Shown: positions 25,791 through 39,535 of the stretch, piece after piece
How the letters are laid out: every line of letters starts with the position of its first letter
Position numbering within the stretch: position 1 is the first letter of the stretch
NCBI RefSeq assembly: GCF_006345805.1
Contig: NC_043003.1
Location: 90,644,001 to 90,708,000 of the forward strand
Reading direction: 5' to 3'
Length of the DNA: 64,000 bases
DNA from: Octopus sinensis
Taxonomy: Eukaryota
Notes under the pieces: model-generated
The model's input: only the letters and a program-made list of their open reading frames with translations
The model's database searches: none
What the model was told of the DNA's origin: nothing
Program-made: the position numbers and the translations under genes

Positions 25791-26749
25791 AGCTGAGAGC
25801 TTTCATCAAATAATGATAATGATTACAAATACACACACACACACACACGATGGAATTCTGTCAGTCTCCATCTACTAAATCCCTTCAAATAAGTAACCCA
25901 TTTTTTCGTTACCAATGTAAGAAATCACCACTAAATTCTATTGGAGTTTTCTGATACTTTTACATCAGGAAAACATTAAGAAACCTCTATAAATCATATA
26001 TTTTGATGTGTTTACTTTTTAGAGAAAATGTCTCTACCACTTCTTATCTCTCTGTGATGATATTAATGAATACTCCAATTCCTCTATGAATGACATAACA
26101 TTGTTTTCTATGTTTTATTGATTTTTTAAAATGCTTTTTTTTAAAATCACTTTTGTCTGCTTTAGAGAGCCTCATAGTAGTCAAGTTCTTGAGTTATGTC
26201 ATTTGGTGTCTTCTGCCACTTCACTCTCCTGCCTCTGTCTATTTGTCTCTGTGTCTTGATCTGTCTCTTTGTCTTGCCCTAGTTTCTATAATGTTCCTTA
26301 CTCTCTTTCTCTCTCTTACAAGTGAATGTGTGTGCATGTGTTTTGTATGTGTATATGTATGTGCATGTGTATATGTGTATATATACGTATTTATGTGTAT
26401 ATGTATGTATCATCATCATTTAATCTCCACGTTCCATGCTGGCATAGGTAGTGGAGTTTGACAGGATTTGATGGGCCCTGGGACTGCATCATGCTCCAGT
26501 GTCTGTTTGGGATGGGGTTTTTTATAACTGGGTGCCCTTCCTAATGCCACCCAATTTACAACATGTACTAAGTACTTTTTTCATGCCACCAGCACTAGTG
26601 GAGTCACCATGCAGCTTTGCAAGACTACAAGCCTCAAGTGGGGAGGAGGAACTTTATGCCAACAGAATAAGGAGTAGAGATGGATAAAGTATGAAAGAAA
26701 AGGACTGGAATTGAATAGATTTCTTATAGAGAAGGTACATGACTGCTCA

Positions 26750-27050
26750 CAGTTTAGAAGGTGGAGTAAAAGCGGAAAGTGGTATAAGTGGTGGTGAGGT
26801 GACAGAGTGGACCTTCAAGATACAAGGTAGGTTGGAATGAGTAGGCAAGAGGTTCCTGAAGTGAGTAAGAAGAATATGGGATGTCTGAGAGTAAGAAGAG
26901 TTGGAGATGCCTGATAGTAGGATTTGTCCAAAAGTATTGTTAAATTTAGTAGTGTTAGCAGTGTCAGTAACATAAGTTATAATCAAGTGGACATAGTAAG
27001 CAAACACAAATAGAAAAAAAATGTAAAATAGCAAGAAAAGTTGAGGTCTC
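26750..27050 (-). pseudogene. Possible PLE RT N-terminal remnant
   Basis: Weak peptide resemblance only (NLLPTHSNLPCILKVH versus the PLE LPKIHK region). Confidence 0.25.
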
Positions 27051-27419
27051 TAGAGTGAAAGGTAAAAAGATGAATTATGAGGAAAACAAGAAAAAAATAG
27101 GTTAGGGTATCTCCATCAGTCCAGGTAGACTGTACATCATACATATCTACAGATATGTACAAGATTGGGCAAGATTTTACTTTTAGAAAAAGACAGATGG
27201 TTGTCTATGCATGATGTAAATATTTTAAAAAAGACATAGTTGTCTATGCATGATGTAAGTCTCCCCTCCTCATGAGACAGAGCTTATCCAAGAGAAAGAT
27301 TGCTTGCGTTGGATGCTCCAGCTTGGCATTAGTTTTCTTGCTGATTTTGTTATCAGAACAGAAAGAGTCAGAATAGATACTGCAAGGCATCTTGCCCAAT
27401 TCTCTAATGGTTCTGCCAA

Positions 27420-28036
27420 TCTCTCTAAATATAAAACTGAGAATGTGTGTCTGTCTGTGTGTTTCCCTAAAACTTGAGAACTACACAACCAATTTCATTC
27501 AAATTTTACACTATAGCTTCAACTGCGTACTGCTTTTTGATTCACTGTAAGGTTTGTTGTTATTATTATTACTGTTTGACTATTGTAATCATGTTTGTTG
27601 GTTCCTCGTCAGGGAAATGTTGTTGTGTTGCATTTGTTAAATAATTGTAAACCGTAACCCTCACCCTTTCGGAGAAGGGGCTTTGATTATTGTTTAAAAA
27701 TTGAATTGTGTCCCTGTTTGGGGAAATTGACAATATTTTCACCGTCTTTATGGAAGCATTTTTCTTAAAATGCCTGTGATAGAAGAAAGTCCAAAAACGA
27801 ATTTCGCTGCAGCCGTACACTTCTATACAAGAGGGAGGACAAGATCCAATTGATCGAAATTGCAAGAGACGGGCCTACAATTCCAGTCTGTTATATATTT
27901 TGAGTATTGTTATCACTAGCGATATCAAGATATAAAACTTTGTATTTTGTATTTTATGTGTAGATGTATATAGATGTACATGTAATATGTACACATATAT
28001 ATACACATATATACATGCATAATATATCTACCCATA

Positions 28037-28068
<32 letters not shown>

Positions 28069-30558
28069 TACATAGGGGCAGGTGTGGCTGTGTGGTAACA
28101 AACTACGTTCCAAACACATGGTCCTGAGTTCAGTCCCACTGTGTGGTGACTTGGCATGTGTCTTCTGCTGTAGCCTCAGACCAACAAAAGCCTTCTCAGT
28201 GGATTTTGTACATATATACAGGCATACATACATATATATACATGCATACATACATATTCGGCATAAACACTCTACCACTACAACTAATAACTGTTGGGAA
28301 CACTTTCAAACCTGCCTTACATTCGAACCAGAATCTCAAAAACATTGTCCCCTTACATTTCATTCTCATTTCATTCCCAACACAGGGAAATAAAACTTAC
28401 TTCTCACTACGGGACAATGGATGATGGTAACAGATGGAAAATGGTCAAAGAGTGTACTTCACCGATGCTAATGCTTCTCTGTTGGCAGAGGAACCAAGGG
28501 ATAGCACACTCACTGCATTCTTCGAGCTTTGTCAAGTGGATCCATTCACTCAAACCTTGCTGTATCCACAGATTCCATCATACTACACTTGGAATGGAAA
28601 AAAATGGGCCCCACAGAAAGCAGGTCAAAATGTTCATGGATACCCTGGCATTAAGTTTCACACTTGCCTTGGGCGAGTATACACAATGCATCCCACTCAA
28701 CAAGAGTGCTTCTACCTTCGTCTACTACTGCATGAGGTCAGAGGGCCAACATCTTTCCAGGCCCTAAAAACCGTTCATGGACATGTCTGCACAACATACA
28801 GAGAAGCCTGCTATCGACAAGGTCTGTTAGAAGATGGTGCACAATGGGATGCAACTTTAGGAGAGGCTGCTTTATCACAATCACCTAAAAGTCTCAGGGC
28901 ACTATTTGCAGTATTACTACAGGCATGCGAACTGTGTGATCCGGCCACTCTATGGCTCAAATATAGAGACAACCTGGCTGAAGACTTTCAGCGCCAAGCT
29001 CAACTGCTCTATCTTGACATGGAGGGTATCAGCAATGAAATCTATAACAAAACACTCATTGACATTGAAGACAGCTAAATTGGGTGGAAATGAATTGTCG
29101 ATGTATGGCCTGCCACAAGCATTCAGGTCAGGGTCAAATAGCCTTCCCACTGCTGTCATTCGTGATACAACCTACGACACTCAAGCGCTTTCAAAGAACA
29201 TTGTTGAAAATGAGCCTAAATTACTTCCGGACCAGCTGCAGGCCTATAGAACTATTCTTAACAGTGTACGCCAACGTGAGGAACGAATCTTCTTCCTCGA
29301 TGCTCCTGGAGGGGCAGGAAAAATATTTATTACAAAGCTTCTCCTTGCAGAAGTTAGGCAGCATCAGGACATTGCAGTAGCTGTAGCCTCCTCTGGCATT
29401 GCAGCTACTTTGTTACCCGGTGGCAGGACAGCACACTCAACTTTTAAACTCCCTCTCAATTTAGCAGCATCCGAAATGCCTTCATGCAACATCAACAAAA
29501 GCTCAGATCAGAGACAAGTACTTAAAATGTGTCATCTAATTGTCTGGGATGAGTGCACTATGGCTCACAAGTGAGCTTTGGAAGCATTAGATAGAGCCCT
29601 GAAAGACATCCGAGACTGTCAGGCTCCAATGGGAGGTGTAACGCTTCTGTTGTTAGGTGATTTCAGGCAAACTCTTCCTGTCATTCCAAAAGGCCCTAGA
29701 GCAGATGAAGTCCAAGCATGCCTAAAGTCCTCTACTCTGTGGCATCATGTTACAATCCTCAGTCTCACCACTAACATGAGAGCTCAGCTACACGGCGACA
29801 AAATGTCCACAAAGTTTGCACAGGACATTTTGACACTTGGTGAAGGCAAGATACCTCTCGATGCTGCAGGACAAATGGAAGTGAGGTCATTTTCCTCTGT
29901 TGTTAATTCTGTAGATGACCTCAAAAACAAAGTCTTTCCCAACTTGACACAAAACTACCAAAATCACAATTGGCTGTGTGAAAGAGCAATGTTACCTCCA
30001 AAAAACGTCGCATTAACAAAATTAATCAACAGCTAATGCATTCTCTTCCAGGCACTATACACACTTACAAGTCTGTTGATACAATTCCAGATATAAATGA
30101 AGTTGTGAATTATCCTCCTGAATTTCTCAATTCACGGGAGCCTCCAGAAATTCCATTTACATTCAGAAGATTGCAATTCCCTCTTCCCGTCAGCTTTGCC
30201 ATGTCCATTAACAAATCTCAGGGTCAAACCCTCTCTGTACCTGGTCTTCTCTTGAAAGAGCCCTGCTTCTCGCATGGGCAACTATATGTTGGCTGCTCAA
30301 GAGTAGGAACCAAAAGAAACCTTTTTGTATATGCTCCACAAGGAAAAACAAGGAACATTGTTTACAACGAGGTGTTATAATCTCAACAGCCAGGAGGTAT
30401 ATACATGATCCCCCTTTTTTTTAACAAACTTCATGTACTTTCATGTATTTATATTAATATACATATATATATGTGTGTGTGTGTATCCATATATATATAA
30501 CAGAAAAGTCTAATTCTTCAATTGAATGTAACCGGGCAACGCTGGGTATCTCTGCTAG
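27420..30558 (+). mobile_element. Helitron A (TC...hairpin-CTAG, inserted between A and T)
   Basis: 5' end is a|TCtctctaaatataaaactgagaatg and 3' end is ccgggcaacgctgggtatctctgCTAG|t. It carries a RepHel remnant. Confidence 0.9.
28270..30380 (+). pseudogene. Helitron RepHel remnant (linker plus Pif1-family helicase), frameshifted and internally deleted
   Basis: LENGQRVYF, FYLRLLLHEVRGPTSFQAL, FFLDAPGGAGK, AVASSGIAATLLPGGRTAHSTFKLP, IVWDECTM, LLGDFRQTLPV, FAMSINKSQGQTL and FSHGQLYVGCSRV. Confidence 0.95.
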
Positions 30559-30752
30559 TCTACTATAAATCCCATGAAGATAAAAGGCAAACTTAATCTG
30601 GGTGAGTTTTCAACACAGAGTCAAGAGAATCAGAATAAATAGTGTGATACATTCTGACCAATACTCTGACGACTCTGCTAATTTACTCCCTCATTTGATG
30701 ATGATAACTATGACAATGATGTCATAGTCGTACTGTTGCTGATGCTTATATA

Positions 30753-30788
<36 letters not shown>

Positions 30789-31468
30789 GGCATCATATAA
30801 TAAATCTGTTAATAAATCATATTACCTTTGCTAACATCTATGCTGACACTGACACCTATGTCACTGCCAATGTTGATTGATTGATGATGATTCAATTTTG
30901 GGATCTGAAATTATCCCTTTGAGGTACAAGCATCCCTCTGAGGCAAGGTTGTTTGTGGAAGACCAGCAGTGACCAATGCATACAAGTCTCCCTTCACTGA
31001 TGTTGTCCAAGGAAAAGACAAAGGCTGAGACAGCTTGGCACCAGTGACATCGCAACTCATTTCTACAACTGAGTGAAATGGAGCAATGTGAAATAAAAGT
31101 GTCTTTCTTGCTCAAGAACACAACACACAGCCTGGTCCAGGAATTAAACTCCCAAACTCAAGATTGTAAGCCCAATGCTCTAAATAACAAAATTTATCTT
31201 TGTAAGAAACAAACCCAATTTTAGTGAGTAGAAGAGACATAATCAGTTGGATCAATACTAAATATTTTCAATCAGTTAATAAATCAATATTTTACTTATT
31301 ATGTTAAAGATGAATAATATAAATTGATTTAAGTGCTTGATGTTTTATTAAAATTTCCATTAATGAGGGAGTTTCTCACCTTGACTTCAACAGAAACTTG
31401 AATGATTAAATCCATGAGGATATAAGAAATGGAAAATTGTTTTTCTATTCATTGAAATTGCATTGCAG

Positions 31469-31539
31469 ATTTGATTAGTCCAAAGCTCATTGCGTTCCTT
31501 AAAATTTTGCCATTATTTATGCATATCCACTTAAAATAT
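31469..31539 (+). CDS. Candidate internal exon (71 nt, phase 1-0): [24 protein letters not shown]
   Basis: Acceptor attgcattgcag and donor tat|gtatgt. Only the phase-1 frame is open, which matches the end phase of the 11165-11257 exon. Confidence 0.4.
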
Positions 31540-31663
31540 GTATGTCTATATATTGACTTGTCTACACATGCAGTCTGCATACCTGTCCAACTAAACTTAG
31601 ACATACCTACAAATAGCTGCACATGTTTACACATGACTTATAGAGACAGCTTGCATAAATGCA

Positions 31664-31697
<34 letters not shown>

Positions 31698-31743
31698 TAT
31701 ATATATATATATGTATATATATGCATATATATATATATGTATG

Positions 31744-31794
<51 letters not shown>

Positions 31795-31847
31795 ATATAT
31801 ATATGTATATATATATGTATATATATGTATATATATATATGTATATG

Positions 31848-31925
<78 letters not shown>

Positions 31926-31929
31926 AATA

Positions 31930-31988
<59 letters not shown>

Positions 31989-32032
31989 ATTTATATCTGT
32001 AATATGATACATGACAATTATTCAGTTGCCAT

Positions 32033-32093
32033 AATAAAACTCTGAGTTTCGGATGTTGGGGCAGAAATCTGCTCCGGCATCTCATCAATTATC
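32033..32093 (-). ncRNA. Type I hammerhead, U3.G8 variant
   Basis: Minus strand: GAUAA UUGAUGA GAUG...CAUC C GAAAC UCAGA GUU UUAUU. Confidence 0.6.
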
Positions 32094-32111
32094 AAGGCAA
32101 TCGAAAAATGC

Positions 32112-32585
32112 CTTGATAACACTTTCCAACAGAAACTGAAAAAAGCTATCAAATACATTAAGAGTTCCAAAAAAACGGCACTTTTTTCTGATAAAACCAA
32201 GAATTTATCCCTTGTAGGAAACAGCATGTATTCACAACTCTTACGCAACAGCATCCTTAATAATTACACTAAAGCTAGGACACAAATTTATAATGGAATT
32301 AATAAAGAAGCTAGCATTATCGCCACCAGACTTAAATTAGATAAAAAAATAGAGATCCTTCCCCCAAAAAGAGGCCTTTATATCTATTAAGGACCATAAA
32401 AAGAACTTCCTATCTAATCCTAAATGTAGGCTTATTAACCCAGCTAAATCAGAAATTGGTATTATTAGTAAAGAAATTTTAGGAAAAATCAGTGTGAAAT
32501 CAGAAATGCTGTTAGGTTAGTACAATGGTCCAATAGTATAGAAGTCATTGACTGGTTTAAAGGAATTAGGAATAAGAAAGCAAAA
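32112..32585 (+). pseudogene. Penelope-like element reverse transcriptase N-terminal fragment
   Basis: FSDKTKNL...[19 protein letters not shown], then after frameshifts [36 protein letters not shown] and VQWSNSIEVIDWFK. Confidence 0.8.
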
Positions 32586-32605
32586 GGACATTTTTTGATT
32601 GCCTT

Positions 32606-32666
32606 GATAACTGATGAGATGCTGGAGCAGATTTCTGCTCTGATATCCAAAACTCAGAGTTTTGTT
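32606..32666 (+). ncRNA. Type I hammerhead with intact CUGAUGA but G12>A
   Basis: GAUAA CUGAUGA GAUG...UAUC C AAAAC UCAGA GUU UUGUU. Confidence 0.55.
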
Positions 32667-33048
32667 ATGGCAACTGAATAATTGTCACATATTATATTAT
32701 AGTTAAATTCCTCTATTTACATAATATCGAGGTCTCATTCATTCTTTTGTTGTCATACCATTACTATTACTATATATATATATATAATATATGCTAATAT
32801 ATCTATATATATATTGTTGTATTTTGGGATGGTCATTTTTTTTTGGCCAAATAAATGCATGTATTAAATATATTTTTTATTTTCACTCGTTTATTACACT
32901 TCTTATTTTATTATTTGAATTCATGTTCATTGTTCAGAAATCCTTCATCACACATCTATGACCTCTTCAGTGACACTTTTCATTTTTGTGTGTGTTCTTG
33001 CTTCACTTACTCTGTTCTATTCTTCTAAGATGTGTATCCTTATGTGTG

Positions 33049-33108
<60 letters not shown>

Positions 33109-33699
33109 CATGTGTGTGTGTGTATGTGTGCATGTGTATGCTTGTGAGTGTGTCATAGTTTTTAACAGCAGTGTCGCCTTCCCCTCAGCTCCATCCTCTC
33201 ATCCTATTGTGCTGCTGCTGTCCTAAGACCTGAAAATATGGTACAGTTCCTGTATTCCTCTGTGTATGCGTGTTCACCCATGGTGTTGCCATCGTGGTAG
33301 TTGTTGTTGTTGTTATTGCCATCGTTGTCACTGTCACTGCTGCTGCTGTTGTTAATCATATTGTTGACATTATTGTGGTCATCCGTTAAATTTTCTTGTG
33401 TGTGTGTGTGTGTGTGTATGGATTCACTTCGTATGTTGTATGTCTCCATACCCTTTATATAAATTTATTTATCTATTTTATCTATCTCTATATCTTATAT
33501 TTATCACAGGTATGTGACAAATATATTTATATATTTATTAATCTATTTATATATTCAATTATCTATTTCTTATACATCTTACTCTATTTCTCATAGGTAT
33601 CGCAGATAAGTGCATATATGTCTATTGTGTGTGTATTACCCTGTATGTTTCTGTGTATTATTAATGATCTTTTTTTCTTTTTTTCCCTTTCTCTTCTCA

Positions 33700-35300
33700 T
33701 CCCTTCTGTCTTTAGTCATGTGGTGTGTGTGTGTGGTGGTGGGTGTTACTGTTCCATTCATGTTTTCTATTGAGGCTTGGTCTGTTTAGTGCTATGTGTG
33801 TAGCCTCTGTGATCTGACTAAGAGTCATGTCAGTTCTATGTGTCGATAGTACTTTAACCTCTCTGCTATTAATCGAGCCTCCACGTTCTGCTTGAGCATG
33901 TTGGTAGAGCACTGACGAGCTTTTCCCTTCTTTCAGCTCTCGCCAATGTTCACCTATACGCTTACCTATGCTGCATGCAGTCTCTCCAATATGGGTAGTT
34001 GTCATGTTCCTGCACCATCAGTACATCGTAAGCTATACACTACATTCCTACCCTTACAGTTAACCTGTGGGTTCATCCTACATACAACACAATTGTACTC
34101 TGTACAGGGGTTCTTATCAAAGGGATAAGTATTACAGATCAGAGATTTTAATGGGGCACCAGGCCTCTCTGCTAGTTTAATTCATAGATTAGCCTTACTT
34201 AATGTTTTTCTAAAAAGGTGTGCTAGTTCACCACCAGGGGTAGCATTGTCGAACATGACACTCTGGTATTCTTTGTTGTCATACCAAGTGTTGGTCTTAT
34301 TTATCTTCTTACTGGTCCTTTCTGTGCTGTTCCAAGAGTTACTCCTGTACAACGGGCAGATCCCCTTAGTAACACTCTCTACAATGGCTTTGTAATTATT
34401 CCTGGCTCCTTTGTACACTCTGATCTTAACCTGTTGGTTGTAACCAGAGAAATACATGTAGTGAATGAAGTGATGAATGTGTCTTTCTAATTCCATAGGG
34501 TTGCACATGTGTGACACATTCCTCATCACTCTCACCAAGTCAGCAACAAGAATGTTGTCTGCAATCGCTGCATTCTAGTAAACAAGATACTTAGTGGCCA
34601 TGGGTTTGGCATAATGAGTGTGAAGGATCTGGACCAAACCATTCTCCTCAGCAAAATTAATATCAGTGGATGGGTATAGGGACACTATGTCCATACTGGC
34701 TATTATGCATTCCGTCAGGTTGTAGGCATGGTTGCACTCATTGATTCTGTTGAGGAGGTCCTCCATGCTGTCACACAGACCTGGAGATATTTTTATTAGA
34801 GGGCATATAATCATTGAGAGGAAGTAGAAAATCTGGTAGTTGTGGGCAACATTGGCTCTGCAGACCAGTCTCATCAGTGGTCCTGTCACTGGGTCAGTGT
34901 CATCTTATGGTTCTTGTGCAGTCCTACAGAGGCAGGATGTCATTGTTGGTGGCCTGGAAGTTATTGGCTGTGTGCTTCTTTGCCCCCAAGCTGTTTGACC
35001 ACATCATCAAATAAGCATTGAGGATCTTCTCTGTATCCTAATACTCCAGTGTCGTTGTTTCCCTCATATTGGTAATGTGGGGTTGCATCGCCTGGATGTA
35101 GTTCGGCAGGCTGCCTACCGACATTCTGCCAGACTTGTCCATGGGGGAGCACACAACTTTCCTATATCTTGTATGCTGTATGAACTTGTGCAGCCCACCT
35201 GCACACTTCTTGTCAACTTGCTGTGCCTCTCTACTTCTCTGTCTTCTAGTCTATTGTTCTAAAATCTATATAAGTTTAGTACTGGCTATTGTGAATCATG
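33700..35300 (-). mobile_element. Decayed Penelope-like element (RT plus C-terminal GIY-YIG endonuclease)
   Basis: Minus-strand IIASMDIVSLYPS (RT), PLYRSNSW...SVMFDNATPGGEL and HIGETACSIGKRIGEH...EATHIALNRPSLNRKHEW (GIY-YIG). Confidence 0.85.
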
Positions 35301-36535
35301 CTTCTGTTTCATCATTTGTCTGTTGAGGGATGAAAACTCTTTTGCTGAGGGTAGGTTTGTTGGATAAATATGGCTCATATCATATCATATCATTTATCCC
35401 ATGGATTGAAGAATAGGGCATGGAAAGGGTTGATAGCATTTATACCCATTGTACTACTATCTATCATATCATTTCTCTGGTTACCATCACTTTGCTTGTG
35501 TCTATTGTTGTGGTTATTGGTGGTGGTAGTGGTGATGGTGGTGGTGGTAGTGTTTCTATGTATATTGTTGTTGTCAGTAATGTTTATATTGGTTTGCATG
35601 TTTACACAATTGTTTCCATTATTGTTGTTGTAGTTGTTCGCAGCCTCATAATTGCAGTTATTCTTATTGTAATTATTATCTTCGCTGTTCCTACGGTGTA
35701 GGTAATGATGACAAACGTAGGGTCAGTAGAACGGGAGATAATAGTCATAAGATTAATGATGGGGATGGTATTAACAGTAATAACAACAACTATAACAATA
35801 AGAATAACTGCAATTATGAGGCTGCGAACAACTACAACAACAATAATGGAAACAATTATGTAAACATGCAAACCAATACAAACATTACTGACAACAACAA
35901 TATACATAGAAACACTACCACCACCACCATCACCATCACCACCACCAATAACCACAACGATAGACACAAGCAAAGTGATGGTAACCAGAGAAATGATATG
36001 ATAGATAGTAGTACAATGGGTATAAATGCCATCAACCCTTTCCATGCCCTATTCTTCAATCCATGGGATAAATGATATGATATGAGCCATATTTATCCAA
36101 CAAACCTACCCTCAGCAAAAGAGTTTTCATCCCTCAACAGACAAATGATGAAACAGAAGCATGATTCACAATAGCCAGTACTAAACTTATATAGATTTTA
36201 GAACAATAGACTAGAAGACAGAGAAGTAGAGAGGCACAGCAAGTTGACAAGAAGTGTGCAGGTGGGCTGCACAAGTTCATACAGCATACAAGATATAGGA
36301 AAGTTGTGTGCTCCCCCATGGACAAGTCTGGCAGAATGTCGGTAGGCAGCCTGCCGAACTACATCCAGGCGATGCAACCCCACATTACCAATATGAGGGA
36401 AACAACGGCACTGGAGTATTAGGATACAGAGAAGATCCTCAATGCTTATTTGATGATGTGGTCAAACAGCCTGGGGGCAAAGAAGCACACAGCCAATAAC
36501 TTCCAGGCCACCAACAATGACATCCTGCCTCTGTA
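34925..36535. repeat. ~750-bp near-identical inverted duplication (34925-35675 / 35790-36535) at the PLE 5' end
   Basis: Mirror-image ORFs in the track (e.g. 34961-35152 on - versus 36308-36499 on +) differ by only a few residues. Confidence 0.95.
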
Positions 36536-36549
36536 TGGAATGCGCAAGG

Positions 36550-36945
36550 ACCATAATATTGGTTTCAAATTTTGGCACAAGGCCAGCAATTTCAAGGAGA
36601 GTACTAGTCAATTACATCAACCCCAGTGCTCAACTGGTACTTATTTTATTGACCTCCAAAAAGATGGAAGGCAAAGTTGACCTAACAGAATTTGAACTCA
36701 AAATGTAAAGTTGGATGAAATGTCACTAAGCCTTTTTTCCAGTGTGCTAATGATTCCACCAGCTTGTTGCCATAGTTTTGGGGAAATATTGGCTTCAAAT
36801 ATTGGCACAAGGCCAGCAGTTTGGAGGAAATGGTGTAAGGGGAAAGGGGTATATCAACTCCAGTGCTCAACTGGTTCTTATTTTATCGACCCTTGAAAGG
36901 ATGAAAGATAAAGTCAACCTCAGCAACATTTGAATTCAGAACATA
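36550..36945 (-). mobile_element. Two adjacent partial Meta-like SINE copies
   Basis: ccagtgctcaactggt...ttatt...gacc...aaag...aaggcaaagttgacct occurs twice. Confidence 0.55.
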
Positions 36946-38988
36946 AAGACACAAAATATTTCCTTGCATAGAAAGACATGAGGGTGCAGACAAGAAGGGC
37001 AGCTAGCTATAGACAATCAGTCTCAACAAATTCCATCTAATCTACGTAAGTATGGTGAAGCGGGTGGTAAATGAATATGATGAAGATGAGGATGATTACT
37101 TATTATTTATATATTTGAATATTAATAACATTAACAAACATGTCTTATGTGCTTACACTCATGCAAACATGTCACTACTCAATTTAGGATGTAATACTAA
37201 TAGCCAGCCTTTACACTAATGTCAAGACAAGAGAGCTTAGATAACAATATGTGGTTTAACATATTGAAAATACAATAATAATGTATTGAGAATTTCAAGC
37301 CATAAGCCCTTACTCTTATCATATGACGCACCTATGAGAGAGCTTCTAAGCAATCGCTCAACTTGCTATAAATAGCAGTGAGATTTCTCTAGAATTACAC
37401 ACTAACTTATTAAAAAACAAATGGAGAGATGAAATAGCTGAAAAGCCACTGACATTAAGTTTGCCTGATCAGAGCTGACTAAAGTTAAACAAAAACAACA
37501 GCAGCTATCATATGAAATAAAGTGGCACACAGAGGCACCTTATATCTCACAATGTTTTTGGTGTCATGATTAGATTTTTAAAATATCTAAATGATGGTTG
37601 AACTGTTAAACATCTGTTCTAAACTGAACATTCGTCTCTTAATCATTAATTTTTACAACCAGAAAAATGTTCACTTGCCAAATTATAAATTATCACCATC
37701 ATCATCATCGTCATCGTCATCATCATCATCACCATTACCATCACAAGTTCACCATTACCACCACTGTTGTTGTTGACATTGTTAGCATTGGCATTGGCAT
37801 TGTCATCACAATAACCTAATGACAACTTTCATTGCTTTGTATGGCTTGAACTGGTTCTCACAGTCTAAGTCAGTTTTTAACATGACTGCTTCATTTTTGG
37901 CTCAGCTTCTATGACTTCATGCCCTCCCGTTTACCAACCATACTACAAAGTATACATTAGGGCATTTTATCATTGCAATCATATATTTGACAAGACTTAG
38001 GGTCCTCTTCACCCTATGTTGTCTCTGCTCATTCACCAACCACTTCATATGGTGTATTTTATCACAGCTCCAGTATTATTGAAGTTGCCTTGTATCCTGT
38101 AAAACTGGAGCTCCTCACTTCCCAATGATGAAATAGGCTGAGATGCTGTTTGACAAAAAGATGCTGTTTTTAATATTACGCCAGAAAATAAATTCAAAAT
38201 TTGCTTTTTGTTGTATATGTATTCTTTCAAGCACCCAGAGAAAAAGTTTTCACAAGTTCACCCCCTGACAACTTGGTCTTGTCTTTTATAGTGCTACAAA
38301 GGAAACCAAATCTTTTGAACATTCTTTAGGATTAAATATGTTCCATAGAAAGAAGTTGTGTTCATGGATGTAGGTAAAAAAGACAATAGTAGTATTGTTT
38401 AGCCCAAGGTCAACCCAAAGTTAGCTCTGACTAAATAAACCTACAGTCATCACAGAGTAAACAAAGAATTTCAAGTCAGAGGGTAGAGAAGTGGAACAAA
38501 TATCACAGATATTTTATTCAACACTCTAGAGACAACATCGTCATCGTCATTGTTTAGTGTTCACTTTCCATACTGGCATGGGTTGGACAGTTTGACAGGA
38601 GCTGACCAAGCAAAAGACTGCACCAGAATCCTGTGTCTGTTTTAACATGGTTTTCACAGCTGGACGCCCTTCCTAACACCAACTATCCTGCACAATGGAC
38701 GGAGTACTTTATACATAGCAACAGCACTGGCAGGGTTACCAAGTAATTTGCAAGATAAAGATCCTTCAAGAGGGGAGGGAGCATTGGAGGAGGTGATCTT
38801 GTGCCAGACAATGAAAACTTAGAGTGAAAGAGAGACAGAAACAGGTGTGCTGCTTGTAGAGGAGATACATTGGTTACCCAACCAGAGGGAAGAGTAAGAG
38901 AGAGAGAGAGAGGGGGGAGATAGCAAGAGTGCAAGAGAGAGTAGAGAGAGATGGTGTCAAAATGTCAGGGGATCAGAATATAAATAGG

Positions 38989-39018
<30 letters not shown>

Positions 39019-39023
<5 letters not shown>

Positions 39024-39313
39024 CATAAAGGATCGTGGGTAAGGCCAGAACAATGCGAAGTAAATGCAAGGCAAATCATAAAGAAACAAATACATGAATT
39101 AATGTAGACTTACCTTGCATTCAATATGTCCACTCCACACACGCTCACACACACACACATAGGCAACATTTATTAATTTCTTGAAAATGGGGTCATAACC
39201 CTGAAATATTGAGTGCAAGTAAGTCTACATTAATTCATATATTTGTTTTCTTGCGATTTGCCTTGCATTTACTTTAAATTATTCTGGCCTTACCCATGAT
39301 CCTTTATGCAATA
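39019..39313. repeat. Foldback or MITE with ~108-bp inverted arms (39019-39127 / 39206-39313)
   Basis: tattgcataaaggatcgtgggtaaggccagaa... is mirrored by ...ttctggccttacccatgatcctttatgcaata. Confidence 0.85.
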
Positions 39314-39367
39314 TTTTCTGCACAATGCCTCATAGTAATTATTCCATTATAATATATATATATATAT

Positions 39368-39494
39368 ATACTTACTTGGAGAAGAGAAACGACGCGTGTG
39401 TTCGGTCATATAATAACAATATAATAAATAAATAAAATATATGCATATATACATACATATATGTACATACTTACATCTATATGTATATATAAAA

Positions 39495-39535
<41 letters not shown>

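Larger units (their letters stand above)
31994..32706. mobile_element. Non-autonomous PLE derivative: ~115-bp inverted hammerhead-bearing arms flanking a PLE RT fragment
   Basis: Arms 31994-32111 and 32586-32706 are reverse complements and are homologous to 7925-8137, including the downstream tail. Confidence 0.85.

Noticed and set aside
28434-30380. Functional host PIF1 helicase gene
   Set aside because: It is intronless, frameshifted, has a mutated Walker A motif and lies within Helitron termini.
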